DNA of 63,741 bases, filler included, from Hyphochytrium catenoides (lineage: Eukaryota > Protista > Hyphochytriomycota): the NCBI GenBank assembly GCA_900088475.1. It is 10 parts of 10 records of this genome, joined end to end, with 100 filler letters (N's around TTAATTAATTAA, not from the genome) between each part and the next. Parts side by side here need not be neighbours in the genome. Positions count along the whole stretch, not along the records: positions 1 to 28,700 come from FLMG01003668.1; 9 more parts are not named here. One strand, 5' to 3'. Positions 11,301 to 25,299 of this stretch are shown piece by piece. Within the stretch, counting starts at the first letter, position 1; every line of letters begins with the position of its first letter. The translations under genes and the position numbers were made by a program. The notes beneath the pieces were generated by a model. The model had not been told where the DNA came from, made no database searches, and saw only the letters and a list, made by a program, of their open reading frames with translations.

Positions 11301-14300
11301 ACCCAGTGATGTAAATGGCTGGAGACATAAGGAGACTCCAAAGCCTACGCAAAAACATTAGAGACCTCGGTACAACAAAGGTGAGGTGTCCCAGATGGAA
11401 GACTCAATTGCCCAGAATGTCAAGTGCAACTAAAGGTACAACTACGGACATGGCTGGTTTGAAATCAAGAAAGACCAAAAGGAATTCGAAGACAAAGTCC
11501 ATCCAAATGCTGACCTGGCGATGAATCATTATGAACTCCGCAGGAGAGCGAGCCCAAGCTGGCAGGACAACGTCTCCCAGTGTAGTTCCATCCTGACGTG
11601 TGCCTGAAGCAGTTAGACTTAGATGAGACACACAGAGGAAGAATCCTTGATTCCATTCCCCTCCTCTCAGTGATTCTCTTACCTAATGGCAGACCATTGA
11701 GGTTCTGTAGAAATTGGGGTAAGTAAAACCACTCAGGAGTCAGCTCCTTGAGATCAGAGAAGGAGTTTAAACAATGGTTCCATGTCTCCTGCACAGAGTG
11801 GAAAAGACGATCTGCATGATCGAACTTTCCGCCTTGGACCTAATAAGGGGAACAGAGACCGCGTACACATATTATCAGATTTGGTCATACTTATACCCAT
11901 GCAGCTCACTCGTGGAAGGCGATAAGGAAGCAGGCTGCTTCGTTTAGAGCAAGTTGTGGATGCATGCGTAGTAGCTAAGCAAGAAGGATTAAGTACTAAA
12001 TCCTTAGAGGTTGACGAAGTTGGTAGACATGGGTACATCTCACAACGCTGAGTCTGAGAATGTGTTACACCCGGTCGCTGCTCGTAAGGAGCCTCTCTCT
12101 CTCTTTATAGGCTTAGCTTTATGCTCTTACCTGCAGCGCATAGCTGGTGTAGGGTTCCAGACGGACAAGATAGTAAACTACCGCGCCAATGTTTGAATAA
12201 TGTGAGCCGTACCTGGCAGACAACGAAAGATTTATTAGCGCCCATTCGCTGCCTCTTGCAGTAGATATGAGTAGCTTGAGGCAACTTCATTAGCCAATAC
12301 AAGGCCGACATTGCCTGCAAGAGGTGGGCTGAAGGATAAAGTATTCTGGGTGGCACATGGAGGTTAAACACCGAAATTGTTCGAGCGTGGAGGAAGGGGT
12401 AAAGAAGTTGAGCTGCGTACATGAACTTGGGTATCTCTGGGTCATCAAAGGAATGATAGCGTTCCATAAACGCGTGGAAGCGTGCGGGATTAAGGGCTCC
12501 TATTGGCTTACTCAGGTCACGGAAGGTAGAAGCCTGCGATAGAGGGGACGGTAGAGACTGACTGAACTCTTCAGGATATCACCTCAACTACTAAATTTCT
12601 TCCTGCTCGTCCCGCTTCATCGATCTATAAATAAAGTCGAATTCCTATTCCGTCTCAGTCTATCAGATTATAGGCCTGTTTCCATTCATAATGTATCCAT
12701 ATTCCCTTCCTTCATGCTAGTAATGAATGTGGCTGTCCATTGGACAAAGGTAGCCGACCATTCTGGGAGAGGAGGTAGGTGAACAACACTGCATCCAGTC
12801 CCCGTCGTGATCTACAACCACCCTTGTAAGTAATAATTACCTTTGTTAAATCAAGCGTTTGGCTCTCATAGTCCGCTAATATCCATGGAAAAACAGGATA
12901 TTGAGTAAGGTCGTGATAGGTCCTTCCAGCAGCCGTGTTTAGGGCCATCAAATACTCAAAGGTGCTTATCTCATAGTCCAGCCACTTCCGTGTCCACCCG
13001 CTGTGGCGCACCACTGAAGGTGGGACACGGAGGCGGCGCGGCAGGGGGAGCAGCGATAGTAAGGGTGGAGAAGCTGAAAGTGTAAAGGCTAGAGCAGGAG
13101 AGGAAGAGCACTTCTTCGTTCTTTGCTGCAGTATTTGTCTGTATAGGATATCATTCATATCTCCTTTGAGGTTGAAGAAATATGACTTGCATCCGCCCAT
13201 CGATTTGATAAACAACTCAATCGCTGTTGACCTCAAAAGGAAACGCCGACGGAAAGCCTACAAAGAACATACATACGGGACGAGCAGGTCAGAAGGGCGC
13301 TTACAAGTTCTGATAGTAGGTTACTAAAGTTCTTTAAGGTCTAAAGCTGCCGCAAGCTTGTATGTAGAGGCCTTTTGTTCTTAGGTTGTAGTTAGCCGTC
13401 TGATGCTAGTACGGTTCGGGTAAGAAAGCTTATGAGTGTTACTTACATAGCAAATGTCCTCAAGCCTCCATCGTCTACGCTTTAACACCCAGCGAACAAG
13501 GCGCTCGCTGGTGATACTTTCCAGAGATATCTCCGCCCCTTCCTCGCTCTGTAACCGCTTGCCCTCGAAAAGCAAGTGTCCCGCAGTTACCACCAGCCGA
13601 CCAGTCAGAATGTTGAGGTTCCGGATAAGCTCCGCCTCGCAAGAGAAAATCTACCATTGAGGAGGCATTTGGGTGAGGATAAAAGTTTCCAGTAAGGATG
13701 AGCACCCTGAAAAGTTATCCTGTCAAATTACTGTTCGTGTAGCGTTCTTTCGAGCGTCAGCCCATTGAGAGTCTATAAATCACTAAAGCGCTCCTCTCCG
13801 ATAAGACGTACCCTTTGCTCCTCCTCCATACGCGAGACAGAAGCAAAATTCAAACTCTTGGCGCTCTCCTCTTTGGAGGTTACTCCGCCTTTGATGAAAG
13901 AGGAAATACCCTCCACCAAGGAGTCTGCTTCTTCTACTGCCAACTCGCCTTGATTTTACATGGGGTTTGGTAAAAAATTAGGGTTGGAAGTTAACAGGGA
14001 GCAGGATGTACTGGATAGCAGATGAATGAGTTCCAGCAGCGCATAGGGATGATTAATGTAAGAAAAGATAAAGGCACCTGCAAAGAAAAGGCGTGCCAAC
14101 GAAGGAGGGACTTGTGATAGGTGACAGACAGCGAGACCTTAGGCCAAGAAATAGAGGATAATTCTGATGACTTACTGGCAGAGACGCACTGTCTTTAGCG
14201 TGAAGTGCAAAGGGAATAACCTTCCCGGTAAACCCAGACCAGACAGCCCCCAAAGTACCTTCCACAAATGTGGGAGATGAAGGGCGATGAACGAGAGGAG

Positions 14301-17300
14301 TGTTCTCTGAAGATGGTGCACTGGTCTCAAGCCCAAGATGCACCGCCGGTCCCTCTCCCTGTTCCTTCTCTTCCCGGCTCACCTCTTCTACACCTTCCAC
14401 TTCTTCCTCATCGTCATCATCCATATCGTAGTCAAAAGACTGCTGCTCCACTGAAAGGGTAGGACGTGTCTCTGTCTGCAGCGAATGTAATTCAGCTAAA
14501 GGATCAGTAATGCCCATCGCGCCGGCCCCATGATCTTTCCCAGTGACCAATGGGATGTTGATCTCGCCCGACGCTGCCAGTTCCTCAGCAGTTGGGCCAT
14601 ATGCCGTGGTCTCGGGGCTAGAAGGAAGGAGACTTGCCTCTTTATCTCCTACTTCTTCTTCCTCATCATCTTCTTCGAAGAAGGCCGACTCAAGATCTCT
14701 TTTACTATCTGATCTGACAGTTGCGATGAGTCTCAGGTTTGTGTCTTCCAATAATTCAAATGCAGACAAAGCGCTCCCTTGCTGATTCTCGTCGATCCCA
14801 TGCTTCTTGGGACTAAGCCCTCCTGCTACTCCTTCGTCATCTCTTTTGAAGCCTACAATATTGGCATCTTGGACCCCTTGGACCTTGGTCCTCTCATCGC
14901 TTTCTCTCCCTCCATAAGATCTCTTGGCCTCGGGGTGTGTCGTCCCCATGAAATTTCTTTTCAGCAACGGCATCATACGCATGCTACTTTCCACACTTAG
15001 TATCTTATAAAAGTCTGGAGCGTCCGGTACTGCTTTCCCCCAGGTGCTAGCCAAAGGAAGCTGAGTAAGTTTGAGAAGTGCCACGTTGACAAGGGTCATG
15101 CTCGCGCTGGCTTACCAGGTATCGTTGTTCAGTTCTTCATGCTTCTTGTGCACCTTCCTCTCTTCGTGATCTGGCAGGTACCACGGTCCTTTCGTGCTCA
15201 ACAGCCGCCGGACGAGCTTTATGCACGATTGCATACTCTGGAAGGGCGGCACGTACATAAGACCAGTAGTGAAGCAAAAGGAGCAATTCATGCGCGGCAC
15301 CTGAGCTTTCCGAGTGCGGCTACTCTCAAGAAAACGCAGCTTCAACCTCCTTGTATCTGTTGCGACACAGCTTGGATGGACCTGCCGAGGTCGAGCATTC
15401 AAGCAAGGTCGCAGGAAGTCAATGCTAAGAACCCAGGACAAAGGCTTTGCTCAGCATTACTAAAAAAGGTTAGACGCCCGAGAACCGTAGAAGAAGACCA
15501 TGACGTCACACAAAAACGACCACCTCTGACTCGGCGTCTAAGGTGATCGCCGAGGCCATGCTGCTGGGGGCGATAGAAGAGGCTCTCCTCTTCTGCCTGC
15601 CGAAGGAGTCCACCCAGTTCTCTTTGGACTCCTCGATATACTCCATATGCGCCACCACCACCGTCTACATAGGTTACAAGAGTGATTAAAGTTGACGATT
15701 CCGGCTATGCAACGTATCTCCATCGAGGTTTATATGCAGTTAGGAAGCGCATCATAGGACTAGGGCCATTACGCTTACCTGTTCTGCTGCCAAGATCGCC
15801 TCGTCTTTCACAATTCCCTTCCACTTCTCCACCATGCGCCTAAAATCCTCGTTACTAGAGTGGCCCACATCTTCCAAAGAGATGCTCGCAATCTCTCCCA
15901 AAATATCTAACCCCATATGCTGCGAATGAGGAGGGCAGGAGATCATACGAATTAGATAAAAGGAGGTTAACAGTATTGACCTCTTCGCACTAGACAAGAG
16001 ATGAGAAGCAGCATAGAAAGGAGCTAAGCAGGAGAAGTGTCTGATTACGAGAGAACAGCATACGTCGTATAGAGTCTAGTTTTGCAGGAAATGGAGATAG
16101 GGAGAGGCAAATGGAGGGCTAATAGGGAAGAAGGTTGCAGACCTGGGAGCTCTGGCTGTGCAAGACTTTCCTAGCACTAGCGGCGATCTGACTGAGCAGC
16201 TGCGTTAGAGAACGGCAGAGAGAGCGATAGTCGCACAGTGAACTACGCTCTAGGAGGCGGTATAGCCTCAATGATAACCATAGTAGCGTGATCTCGGGAA
16301 GTTCCTGTCATACCGAGGGACGCAGTTAGTCCAAACTTCCAGGCCACAGGTCCTAGTTGCCACATCATGACTTCCTCTATGTCTTTCAACTTCTAAGGTG
16401 CTTCGGTCCTATCTACTGGCTACCAACGGCTTCTCTTCCATTACCCTGGCGCTACTACGTCTTTCCCTAATGTTCAGACTTCCTCATTCAGTACCTACCC
16501 GGACTATCTCAGGCGACTTGGGTGGATCCCCCCTCAGAATGCCAAAAGCATCGAGGAGAAGCAGCAGTTTGTTCATGGCCTGCTCACCCAGCTGAGAGTT
16601 GTAAAGGCTTTGCTTGGACGGCTGAGAGAAGGAGAAATGCATGTTTTGCGGGCTCTTAGAGCTGACATTGTGTCCATGTGTGCCATTGCAGTCTACAATA
16701 CAACCAAGTTCAGCAAAGCAGCAGACAGCACACCTTACCTCCAGATGATAATCCAACACATCTAAGGCCGTCTGCAAAGCTAGCCGCTGTGAATCGTGAA
16801 AGGTTATAAACTGCTTCCCTACGATTGGAACAGGCTCAGCAGAGTCACTTCCATGGTCCAGCCCATGTGGGCTAACTTGGCCCTTCTTCTGTCCCTCTGG
16901 CCCATTCCATGTACCGTCCCATGAGAGGGAGGCGAGCAATGGCGTTATTTTGACCCAAATAGGGAGGCACGCGATCTTCCACTGCATGACCAGATCTGGA
17001 TTGATCCGGTAGTCAAGCTTCTCGAATACCTAAACCATCAGTGCGAGTCAATATCTGACGCCCCAACAGTGCTTCTTAGCCACCTCCTATCGTCTCAGTG
17101 CCCATTTTAGGGCCGTGTCTAGGAGTAGTTTCTCTCACCAAGATATCCCATCCATCCTTCAATGGTAAAGTCACTCTTCGTTCCGTACAACCCCAAAACC
17201 ATCCAGCCGTTTTAATCTGCCGCTAGTGGACCTGATCGATCGCTGCAAGGATGCCACAGAGGTGTGCAACGTTTATAAACAGCGGTTCCTTCCCGGAGGA

Positions 17301-20300
17301 ATCCGAAGGTTGTTGGGGTTCCAGGTATGAATCTGAGAAGAGAAACGACAAGCNTAAGAGGGCAAGAAGCGAAGACGATAAGAAGACGTCTTCTTACCAA
17401 TAAGTGCCAACACGGAGCACACAATTTGCGCCAGAACCTGCTCTTTATGCTCCAGCAGGATGGCAACCTCAACCACTAACGACCATCCGTCTACTCGTTC
17501 GCAAAGAGATTGAAGAACGAGACGGGAAACAAGCTGCGAACGAAAGAGTTCAGCATTTGTACGACGACTTCGAGCAGTCACTTGGAAGATAAACCTCTCC
17601 AGCCAGAGAATAGGATTTTCATGATGCCCTTATCTTTCGCCTTTGAGACCCTCGCATGGCCTGCTTTCTCTCTCCAACGTTTCTCTCCTTACCTTCGTTG
17701 CCTCGGCCCTCAAGTGAATCCTCAGAATCTTTGGGAAGACTTCACCGGCAACCTGGAGAATCTTCTCTTGCAGTGGCGCAGGCATTTCCCTCAAGTCGAG
17801 GGTACTTAGCATAAACTCACAGCCCACGTCAGAACGATGGTAGCCTGCAAGGAACAAGGCCAAAAAAGGTGAGAAAGATTGGCTGCAGGAATCGAGCAAG
17901 GATTCAAGCACAGAGACTTATCAAGAGCGCAAGACTAGACTTAGCTCCAAGACGTCGTTGGGATAGGTCAAGCTCTTCTTCTTCAACGGGATTGTTTACC
18001 CTTCCCCTACTCACCAACTGCATCGACAGCTTTGATCTTGCTTTCTAAAGGCGATTCTAAATCGCTTAGCACACTGCACGCCTCGTCAACCGTCATCCCA
18101 GATACAAGCGCTGTAGACTTGACAGGCACCCGGGTCCACTCCTCTGACTCTGTGCTGCTCAAAACCTAAACAAAGCCGCAGCAAAGTAGCAAACGGGTTA
18201 TTGATATGTTCACTCATGAAAGAAGTGAAAGACACGGGTCAGGAAGAGGAGCCTATAGTAAAGTACAGGCTGAGATCGAGGATATAAAAATCCCAGATGA
18301 AAATGCGCAGCTTTCGTGTTTCAAGTCTATGGGAAAGGAACATCCGGATTCTCGGTCAAAATTTCAAAGGGGTGCAGCGCAGGGTTACCGCGAGAACTTC
18401 TTTTACTCCGTCAACCATTTGAAGCAACCTCTCCGCTGGATCTAGAAAAGAAGGCAGAATCGTGACTGTAGTTGTAGATGCTTACAGGAAGGAGAAGCTC
18501 GGGCTCGAATTCTCATACGAAGTGCAGGCTGAGCATTGAAGGGGAGACAACAAGGAGTTAACAGCAATTATACCTGCTCGCCCATTAGCCGCCACGTAGC
18601 CGGGCTCATAGGTATAGGGTCCCGTCAGCTGGTTAAGGAAGCAGATAACAAGCAGCTGACAGCCGCAGGAAAGTGAAGCTAGAAGAGAAAGGAAGCACCG
18701 AAGGAGCTCCGTGTGCCGACAGGTAGCCAGGCCTTTTTCGCTCTTCCCTAATATCAGGGTAGCTAAGGCTTGAAACAACTTGACAGTTTCTTCCTGGGTC
18801 CTGCGGATAGCTGACTCTAGAACAAGGGACTCTTCAAGAGTGAACTCTCTAAATCCTCTGAGCTCTCCCATCAGCTGTAGGGACGATATCCTAACTTCGT
18901 CTCTTACATCTGAAGCTCTAAGAGTCCGCCAAAGGACTTCCTCAAACTCCAGTTTCCGTAATTGTTCACGAACCTGCCGTTGACGACTTTTGGTGAGAGC
19001 TATCAATTGGGTGGAGTGCTTTGTCAAAGAAGAGAGGACACGGAAGAAATTTGGGGCCTCAAACGTAAGAATGGAGCCTAGTGGCCACAGGAGGGCTGCA
19101 GATTGGGAGAGAAGGAGAATTGGTTGCAACTTTTGAGTTCCGGTTGCTTGGCGTGCCCAAAAGCAGGCGAAACCAATGTAGGTTCGCTTAGAACTAGAAA
19201 AGGCGATTGAAATCGGCAGAGTGAAGAGCATAGAAGCCGCAACGGGGTACGCATGAAGCCGTCGACTGGGGCAAGTAGTTTGTATGACGGGCATTAGAGT
19301 AAGGCAAAAGCAAGTACGGAATGTGACAATGAACTCTCCGGTTACCCTTACCTGACCATGGTCGACCCGAGAAAGCATTAACCATAAATCGCTTTCTGGA
19401 GCGAAGGTTGAGGGCCTTGTCAGAAGCAGGGAGAGAACTTTCAGCAGTCCCCCCACAAGCTCAGAATTGGCCGGTTCCTGGTGAGAAGAGAAGACTAAGA
19501 GGTGGAGATAGTGAAAGGGACCAGGGACGCATACCTCAGCGACTGCTATGACGACTGCCTGCCACTGGACATCTGAGAGAAGATGAGGAAACGAAGACGC
19601 TTGAAGGACTAGCAGCATAACATAGCCATCGATGAGAACCTTGTCTTCTTGGGCTTCGAGGACACTCTGCGAACCGAAAATGCCTTGGTCTCTTGCGCCT
19701 TCACCAGGCAATAGGAAAGCCAGTACATGCTCAACAGAGAGAGATGTGAGGCCAAAGGGAACCTCGCCAGAGACTATCCATCGCCGTGCATTCTCCAGGT
19801 TGGGAGGTAAGACAGAATAGAGAAGCTGGTACTGCACAGAGAAGTTTTTAGATTTCCTCCACAGAGCCAGGTCGAAGATTATGTAGACAGCAATCTTGCG
19901 ATGCAGGTCCATGTCGACGGAGAGCAGGCTTTTTGCTAGCTTCCAAAATAGCTCGAGAAGCTGCGAGGATAGAAGAACTGGACGACGATGGAGTAAGCAG
20001 GACATGCTCTCAATCATCCTGTGCTTATGCGCATAGAGCCTGCAAGAAGAGGCTCCTGTTACTAAGGAGGTTAATTGAACGGAACACTAGCTGAGACTTT
20101 GTATAGCACCACTCAAACCGCCGCTGAGACTTTGTATAGCACCACGCAAACCTGAAGGCGGTTTGAGTGAGAGAGCTATAGGGCATGAGGTATGTAACAC
20201 TGAATTAGAGGAACAGCACGCAAAAAGGAGGAAGAAGGTCAGGAGCCTGAATAACGTCGGAGACCTATTTTCCACATTTTCAACTAGCAGCGAGCCTAAA

Positions 20301-23300
20301 AGATGGACTAGAGGCGGCAACTCCTGGGGTCCCAAGCTAGGAAGACAGCAGCCAAAGGGTAGCTCAAGTTCTGAGCTGAGGTCGGTGTGCAGAAGGAGTG
20401 GGAGAAGAAGGGATGGACCGCCAGCATTCACCGACGTATGTTGCAACGTTGCGGAGCGAATCTACGTTGAGAGCGAGGTTAGGATTTATTTGGCGGAGAG
20501 AAGCGGTCACGTAACCTTCGGGGCTATCACCAGTCGATTGGCGGATAACGGTGTCGCGGGGGGAGGACGGTACATACACCATATCTATAAGACTCTGGTA
20601 GTAAACTTCAGAGAGACACAAGAATGTACTAGAATGTGCTAGACTTGAAGGACATTGAGACGGCCACGAGAGGCGATTGCCGGGACGTACCAGCTGCGTC
20701 TTCGGTCGCAGCCAAGCATGCAGCTTTTGCGGTCCTGAATCGAAGGCCCTCGTCCCATCTTTGCTGCAATTTTTGGGATCGAAGGCGAACAGCATTTTAC
20801 TATAGGCCAGGGGAGACAGCTCCAGCCGTGCGCACACATAGCCCCCTACTGGGTTGGTGTCAGGGGCGGATAGTGCTCCTTGCGCTGCAGTAGCATCACA
20901 TCAGTGAAAGCGAAACATAGGAATGGAGCCGTAGACTACCGTCTGGAAGACAGTGGAAAGGGCAAACGAGAAAGGTGACAGTATCCTAGTCAACATACCT
21001 GATGAAGTGGCCCCGTAGAGGTAGGGAACATCTTCCTGTCGGAAGGGTGCATTAAACATTGAGACGCCATACATTTGACCTAGGATATTGAGTCAGCACT
21101 GACGGTTTGAGAGCTAACACAAAGGTTCCCAGTTTGTATAGACATCAACCTTTCAGGTAGGCGGAAGAAGAATCCGCCCCAATAATACTTCTTCCCCCTG
21201 CCAGTATCCCAATGTCTGGGTATTTCAGCTCCCCATTAAGCACCAGAACACCATTAAAGTAGACCATAAGCTTGTCTGCGAATATCATGCTTCTGCTGTG
21301 GGATATGCATATCCAGGTCCATTGCGTCCAATCCCATGCAAGTCCCTCTCGGGTGACTGGATGTAAAGTACACCTAGAGACCTTGTGTCAGAGAGCAGCA
21401 GAGTTAGAACGACAAGAACAGAACTTGAAGAGGGCTTTACCTTCTACCACGGGAGGAAGAAGAACAGAAATTCAAGACCTCCTCCAAACCTATTGGCAGA
21501 GCAAGGGTTCGCCACTACTTTTCACACATCTGCTAACATGGATCCGCAGAAGGTAGCGAAGTCCCTTACCTGGCCCTTACTACCAAAAGTTCTGAAGACA
21601 ATGGTGCCCGAGTCTGCATGGGCCGACACGCCTTGGCCATCTGGGCCTCTAAGAGAATACATAGGGCCGCTGGCCTCAGAGCCGCCACTATCAAACTGAC
21701 AGAGAAAAGATAAGTCCCAACGAAAGTACAGACTCTCTCTACCATAATGGACCATGCCAATCCATATCCTTGCCCTTGAACGCGATAGCTCTTTTCCGCA
21801 TTTACCCGGCCAACCTCTGAGAGTCTCATCAGAGATATCCCTTCTTAGAAAGGCTCGCTTACCCTTACGGATAGGCAGATAGTGTAACCCTTCTTCGGGG
21901 GGAAACGGAAGGTTTCTGGGAGAATGATTCCTGCCAGGTCGCTGTGAAAGTCGAAGTAACTGCGCGGTGCAGGAAGAGGACTCACTATTCTGCTCAAAGC
22001 CTAAGACACAGGTGGTAAGGAGGTTGAGGGAAAAAGAGCCCTCCTATTACTTGATCAATAAAGGATTCGACCACAGTATAGTTCAGTTCAAAGTCAGATG
22101 CAGCAGAGAAGAGCTTGAACATGGCGCATTTCATTACCGAGAGCAGCAGAAACCCCGAAACTCTGCGCCTCTCAGCGGATCCTGTGATTCTGAAAAATTC
22201 TAAGAGGGCCCAGAAGTCCCGCACGGTGATTGAATGGTGAGCAATCGCTTCTATCAGTTCACATATAGCTTCTACCACCCTTTCGTCTGGATAACGGAGC
22301 GATAATGAGAAAGCCAGGATCGTGGAGAAGAATTCTTATGCATCTGATTTGCGGCGACAAAGTGCTGACCTTGGCTGTCTTGCGTGGATTCACCTTTAAG
22401 TAGGGAAACAAGGTTCAATATAACCCCTTGCTTAGAGAGTAACTCTGCATTCCGCCTAGCCCTGAGGCACTGTACGCATCAAACAGGTTAGCCGACGGAC
22501 ATCGTAATGAGATCCCTTTTTGCGAAAGTGTGACTTCGCTCTTCGCTGAACTCCTCCTACTTGATCGTCTGTATCTACTACTAAATGAGTCGGTTCATTT
22601 CCCCCTTATCTTCTAAGCCTCGTACCAGATTTCGTAAGGACTGCAGTAGCAGCAGCTGCACGAGAAATATTTAGTGGTCAGAATGTTATCATAGTATACA
22701 TGAGTTGACCTCACCTTAGAGTCCAAAGGTAATCGGGGTGTGAGGCCAAGGATAAGGGCCGGAAGGAGCTCCGAGCTATGATGTAGGTTAGTTAGAAAAC
22801 ACACTCAACAATAAGGGAGTAATAGCCTTCACCTTTTTATTATGAAGTCCGCGCCATTGCAGTGGTTGCCTTGCACTGAGAGTAAAGGATGAGAAGGAAT
22901 TATGATTAAACCACTCCCAATGAATCATATGTGCAACGATGGCGCGAGAGAGAACTATAGCTCTAATGTATTCGAGATGCCGAACGTGCTTCCAAACCTA
23001 CCCAAAGAGTCCAGGACGGCTCCCACGAGGTCCAAGGACTGATCCTCATAGCACATTAGCAAGCTATTGACCTAATGACCGGCACAAATAAGTCCGTCAG
23101 CCAAAGAGATTGATGGAGACATCCCTTTCAGTAAGAAAGAGGCAAAGATCGGAGAAGCGAACGACAGCGTACATAGTCCTTGTCAAAACAGTCACCCATC
23201 TTTCGCAGGCTCCTCAGTCTAATGGAAAGTCGTCCGCAGTTATCTAACCCTATAACGGTAGATTATCTTCCTGACTTGCTGCATCCGTATGGGACTGCCG

Positions 23301-23876
23301 GGGCTTAGTTAGGCACAGCGTTGGTTCAACGTTGCAGGCACAGAAAAGGATCCGCGTCTCTCTATCGCCCGCCAACGCGTGGCTAAACACACTTCAGACG
23401 CGGAGAGATGTGCCACGCGAATTGGTGCTGTTGGGTATAATTGCTCTGGCTGAGACCCTCTTCGTCATGAGAATTGAAGGATACCGTGATCTTACCTGCT
23501 ATCCTTAGAGTATCCCAAGCATCATAAGGAGATGTCCTTGGCAGCTTCTATCTCACTCGGGATCCTAAGGATAACCTGTATCAATGATCACTCTTCCTTT
23601 AATCGTCGTGCTACTGATCCACCTCTAATTGGAAGTATGAGCTTCTGAATGAAGAACTAGGATGATCTCAGACTATGACGCTCAATGCCGCTTGACGGAC
23701 GTAGGTATAGAACTCTCCTCACTGAGGCTTCTTCTCGCGATATGCCTGTATCTCTAGGAGTGAGTGCTGCTCGTGCTGCGGTCGAAGAGGAGGAGCTACG
23801 AGGAGGATGCGGATGATGAGAACCCTGGGAACCTCACTCCTTCAGCTCCCAAATGCTCACAAGCTCTGATCGACAT
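8352..23876 (-). CDS. BEACH domain protein (neurobeachin/NBEAL-like: ConA-like + ARM, PH-BEACH, BEACH, WD40), many short introns; 5' end uncertain
   Basis: BEACH motifs: [34 protein letters not shown] (about 12850-12970), [18 protein letters not shown] (about 12130-12210), [24 protein letters not shown] (about 11690-11840), [34 protein letters not shown] (about 11270-11345). The PH domain has [15 protein letters not shown]40 exons span 8352-10330 and the last exon ends ..[21 protein letters not shown] ConA-like exon [16 protein letters not shown] lies at about 21220-21340. Confidence 0.92.
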
Positions 23877-25299
23877 CTTTCTATTCCTTTATAACTATCT
23901 TACTTCCGGGAGGAGGTGGCTGTTGAAGTAGCAATCAATTTTGCTGTTCGTGTCCTGTACTAGTATTATTGGCTGTATGTGTGTGCGTTGTGGAGGGGTC
24001 ACGTTTAGCCAGTAACTAATTAAGAGATTCCTTCTTAGTTATTGCAAGGACGGAGGTGTGGGCCATGGTGGGCTAGGCAATTCATACGAAGCACTATAAG
24101 TAGTACTTCAAGGCCTTATTATTGTAGTCGTAGGGGGTGGGGTAGGTGTACTTGTAGGGAGGGGGGAAAGAGGAAAGGGGATAATCAAGAGGAAACTGGT
24201 AGGAATGGGGGGAACGAGTATAGATTTCCTGGAAGGAACAACTGATCTGAAAGCAAAACCTGAACGGTAGAACACTGCTTTTATTACTCGAGGCATGGCG
24301 GAAAGTTCGCGAGAACGCAAGTTTCGGGAATGAACCCCTTGTCCCAAGTCAATGCAAGGACTGACGACTGGTCCAAGGCGTTTTCGGACCGTCGTATCAC
24401 AGCAGCCAATTGTCCGCCTTCTGTCACCACCTTCTCTCTCGAGTGCACACCACGCCAAGCGTAGCTTTGGTTCTATGCCAGGTCTGGTCTGTTTGTCGGC
24501 TTGAGGCCAACTCGACCTTTGGGCTCCATGAACTCACACACTCTCCTTCATTGTTTGTGCTGCAGCAGTGGTGGTGTGATTGAGGAGTGGTGATGTTGTT
24601 CATAGAACAAATAGCAACGGCATTTACTGTATGTAACAACAAGGAAATTAGGGCCTCTCGTTCGTGATGTAACAACACTTTGAGCCAACGTTCCATGATA
24701 CACTGTCTGCTTCGTTCATCTTCACGATGGAGGGAGTGGTGTTTTCTTATATAGTAAAGGACTTTAGTTCTATAGCACTGCTGCTGCTGACTCTGCAGAA
24801 CATGGTCTTGGGACATCGAAATGTGAGTGGATCATGGAGATGACCAGCAGCTTGGCTCCTCGTTGTAGCCGCCATAAGCACTAGAGCCATCGCTACAAGC
24901 AGCAGAATAAGCACAGTCGAATGTGGGTGGCTTACTGCCACGATGGCCATGCAGTAGAAGAAGGTAGTGAACTGCTGAGACATGCTTCTCTTGTCCACCG
25001 GCTCTACTACTGCATAATCTCTCGGACGTAGCGTAGTTCCTCGTCGGAGAGTTTGACTGTGAGCTCCTTTCCACTGAAATAAGAGGCCTCAGCAAGGATC
25101 CAACAGCCTCAGCATCGCCAACTTTCTGTTGAAGCTTTCAAGAAGAAAGGCCCGCCGACAGAGAAGTTGTTGAGAAGCGCCACAGCCCCGCGGGACACCG
25201 TTTCTCGAAAGAGTAGGATTCCCGTACACAATTCCTCCTGCATTATTAAAGCTACTACTGTAGCATTGAATCCACACGCGCCTCCAAGAGTGATCACAG

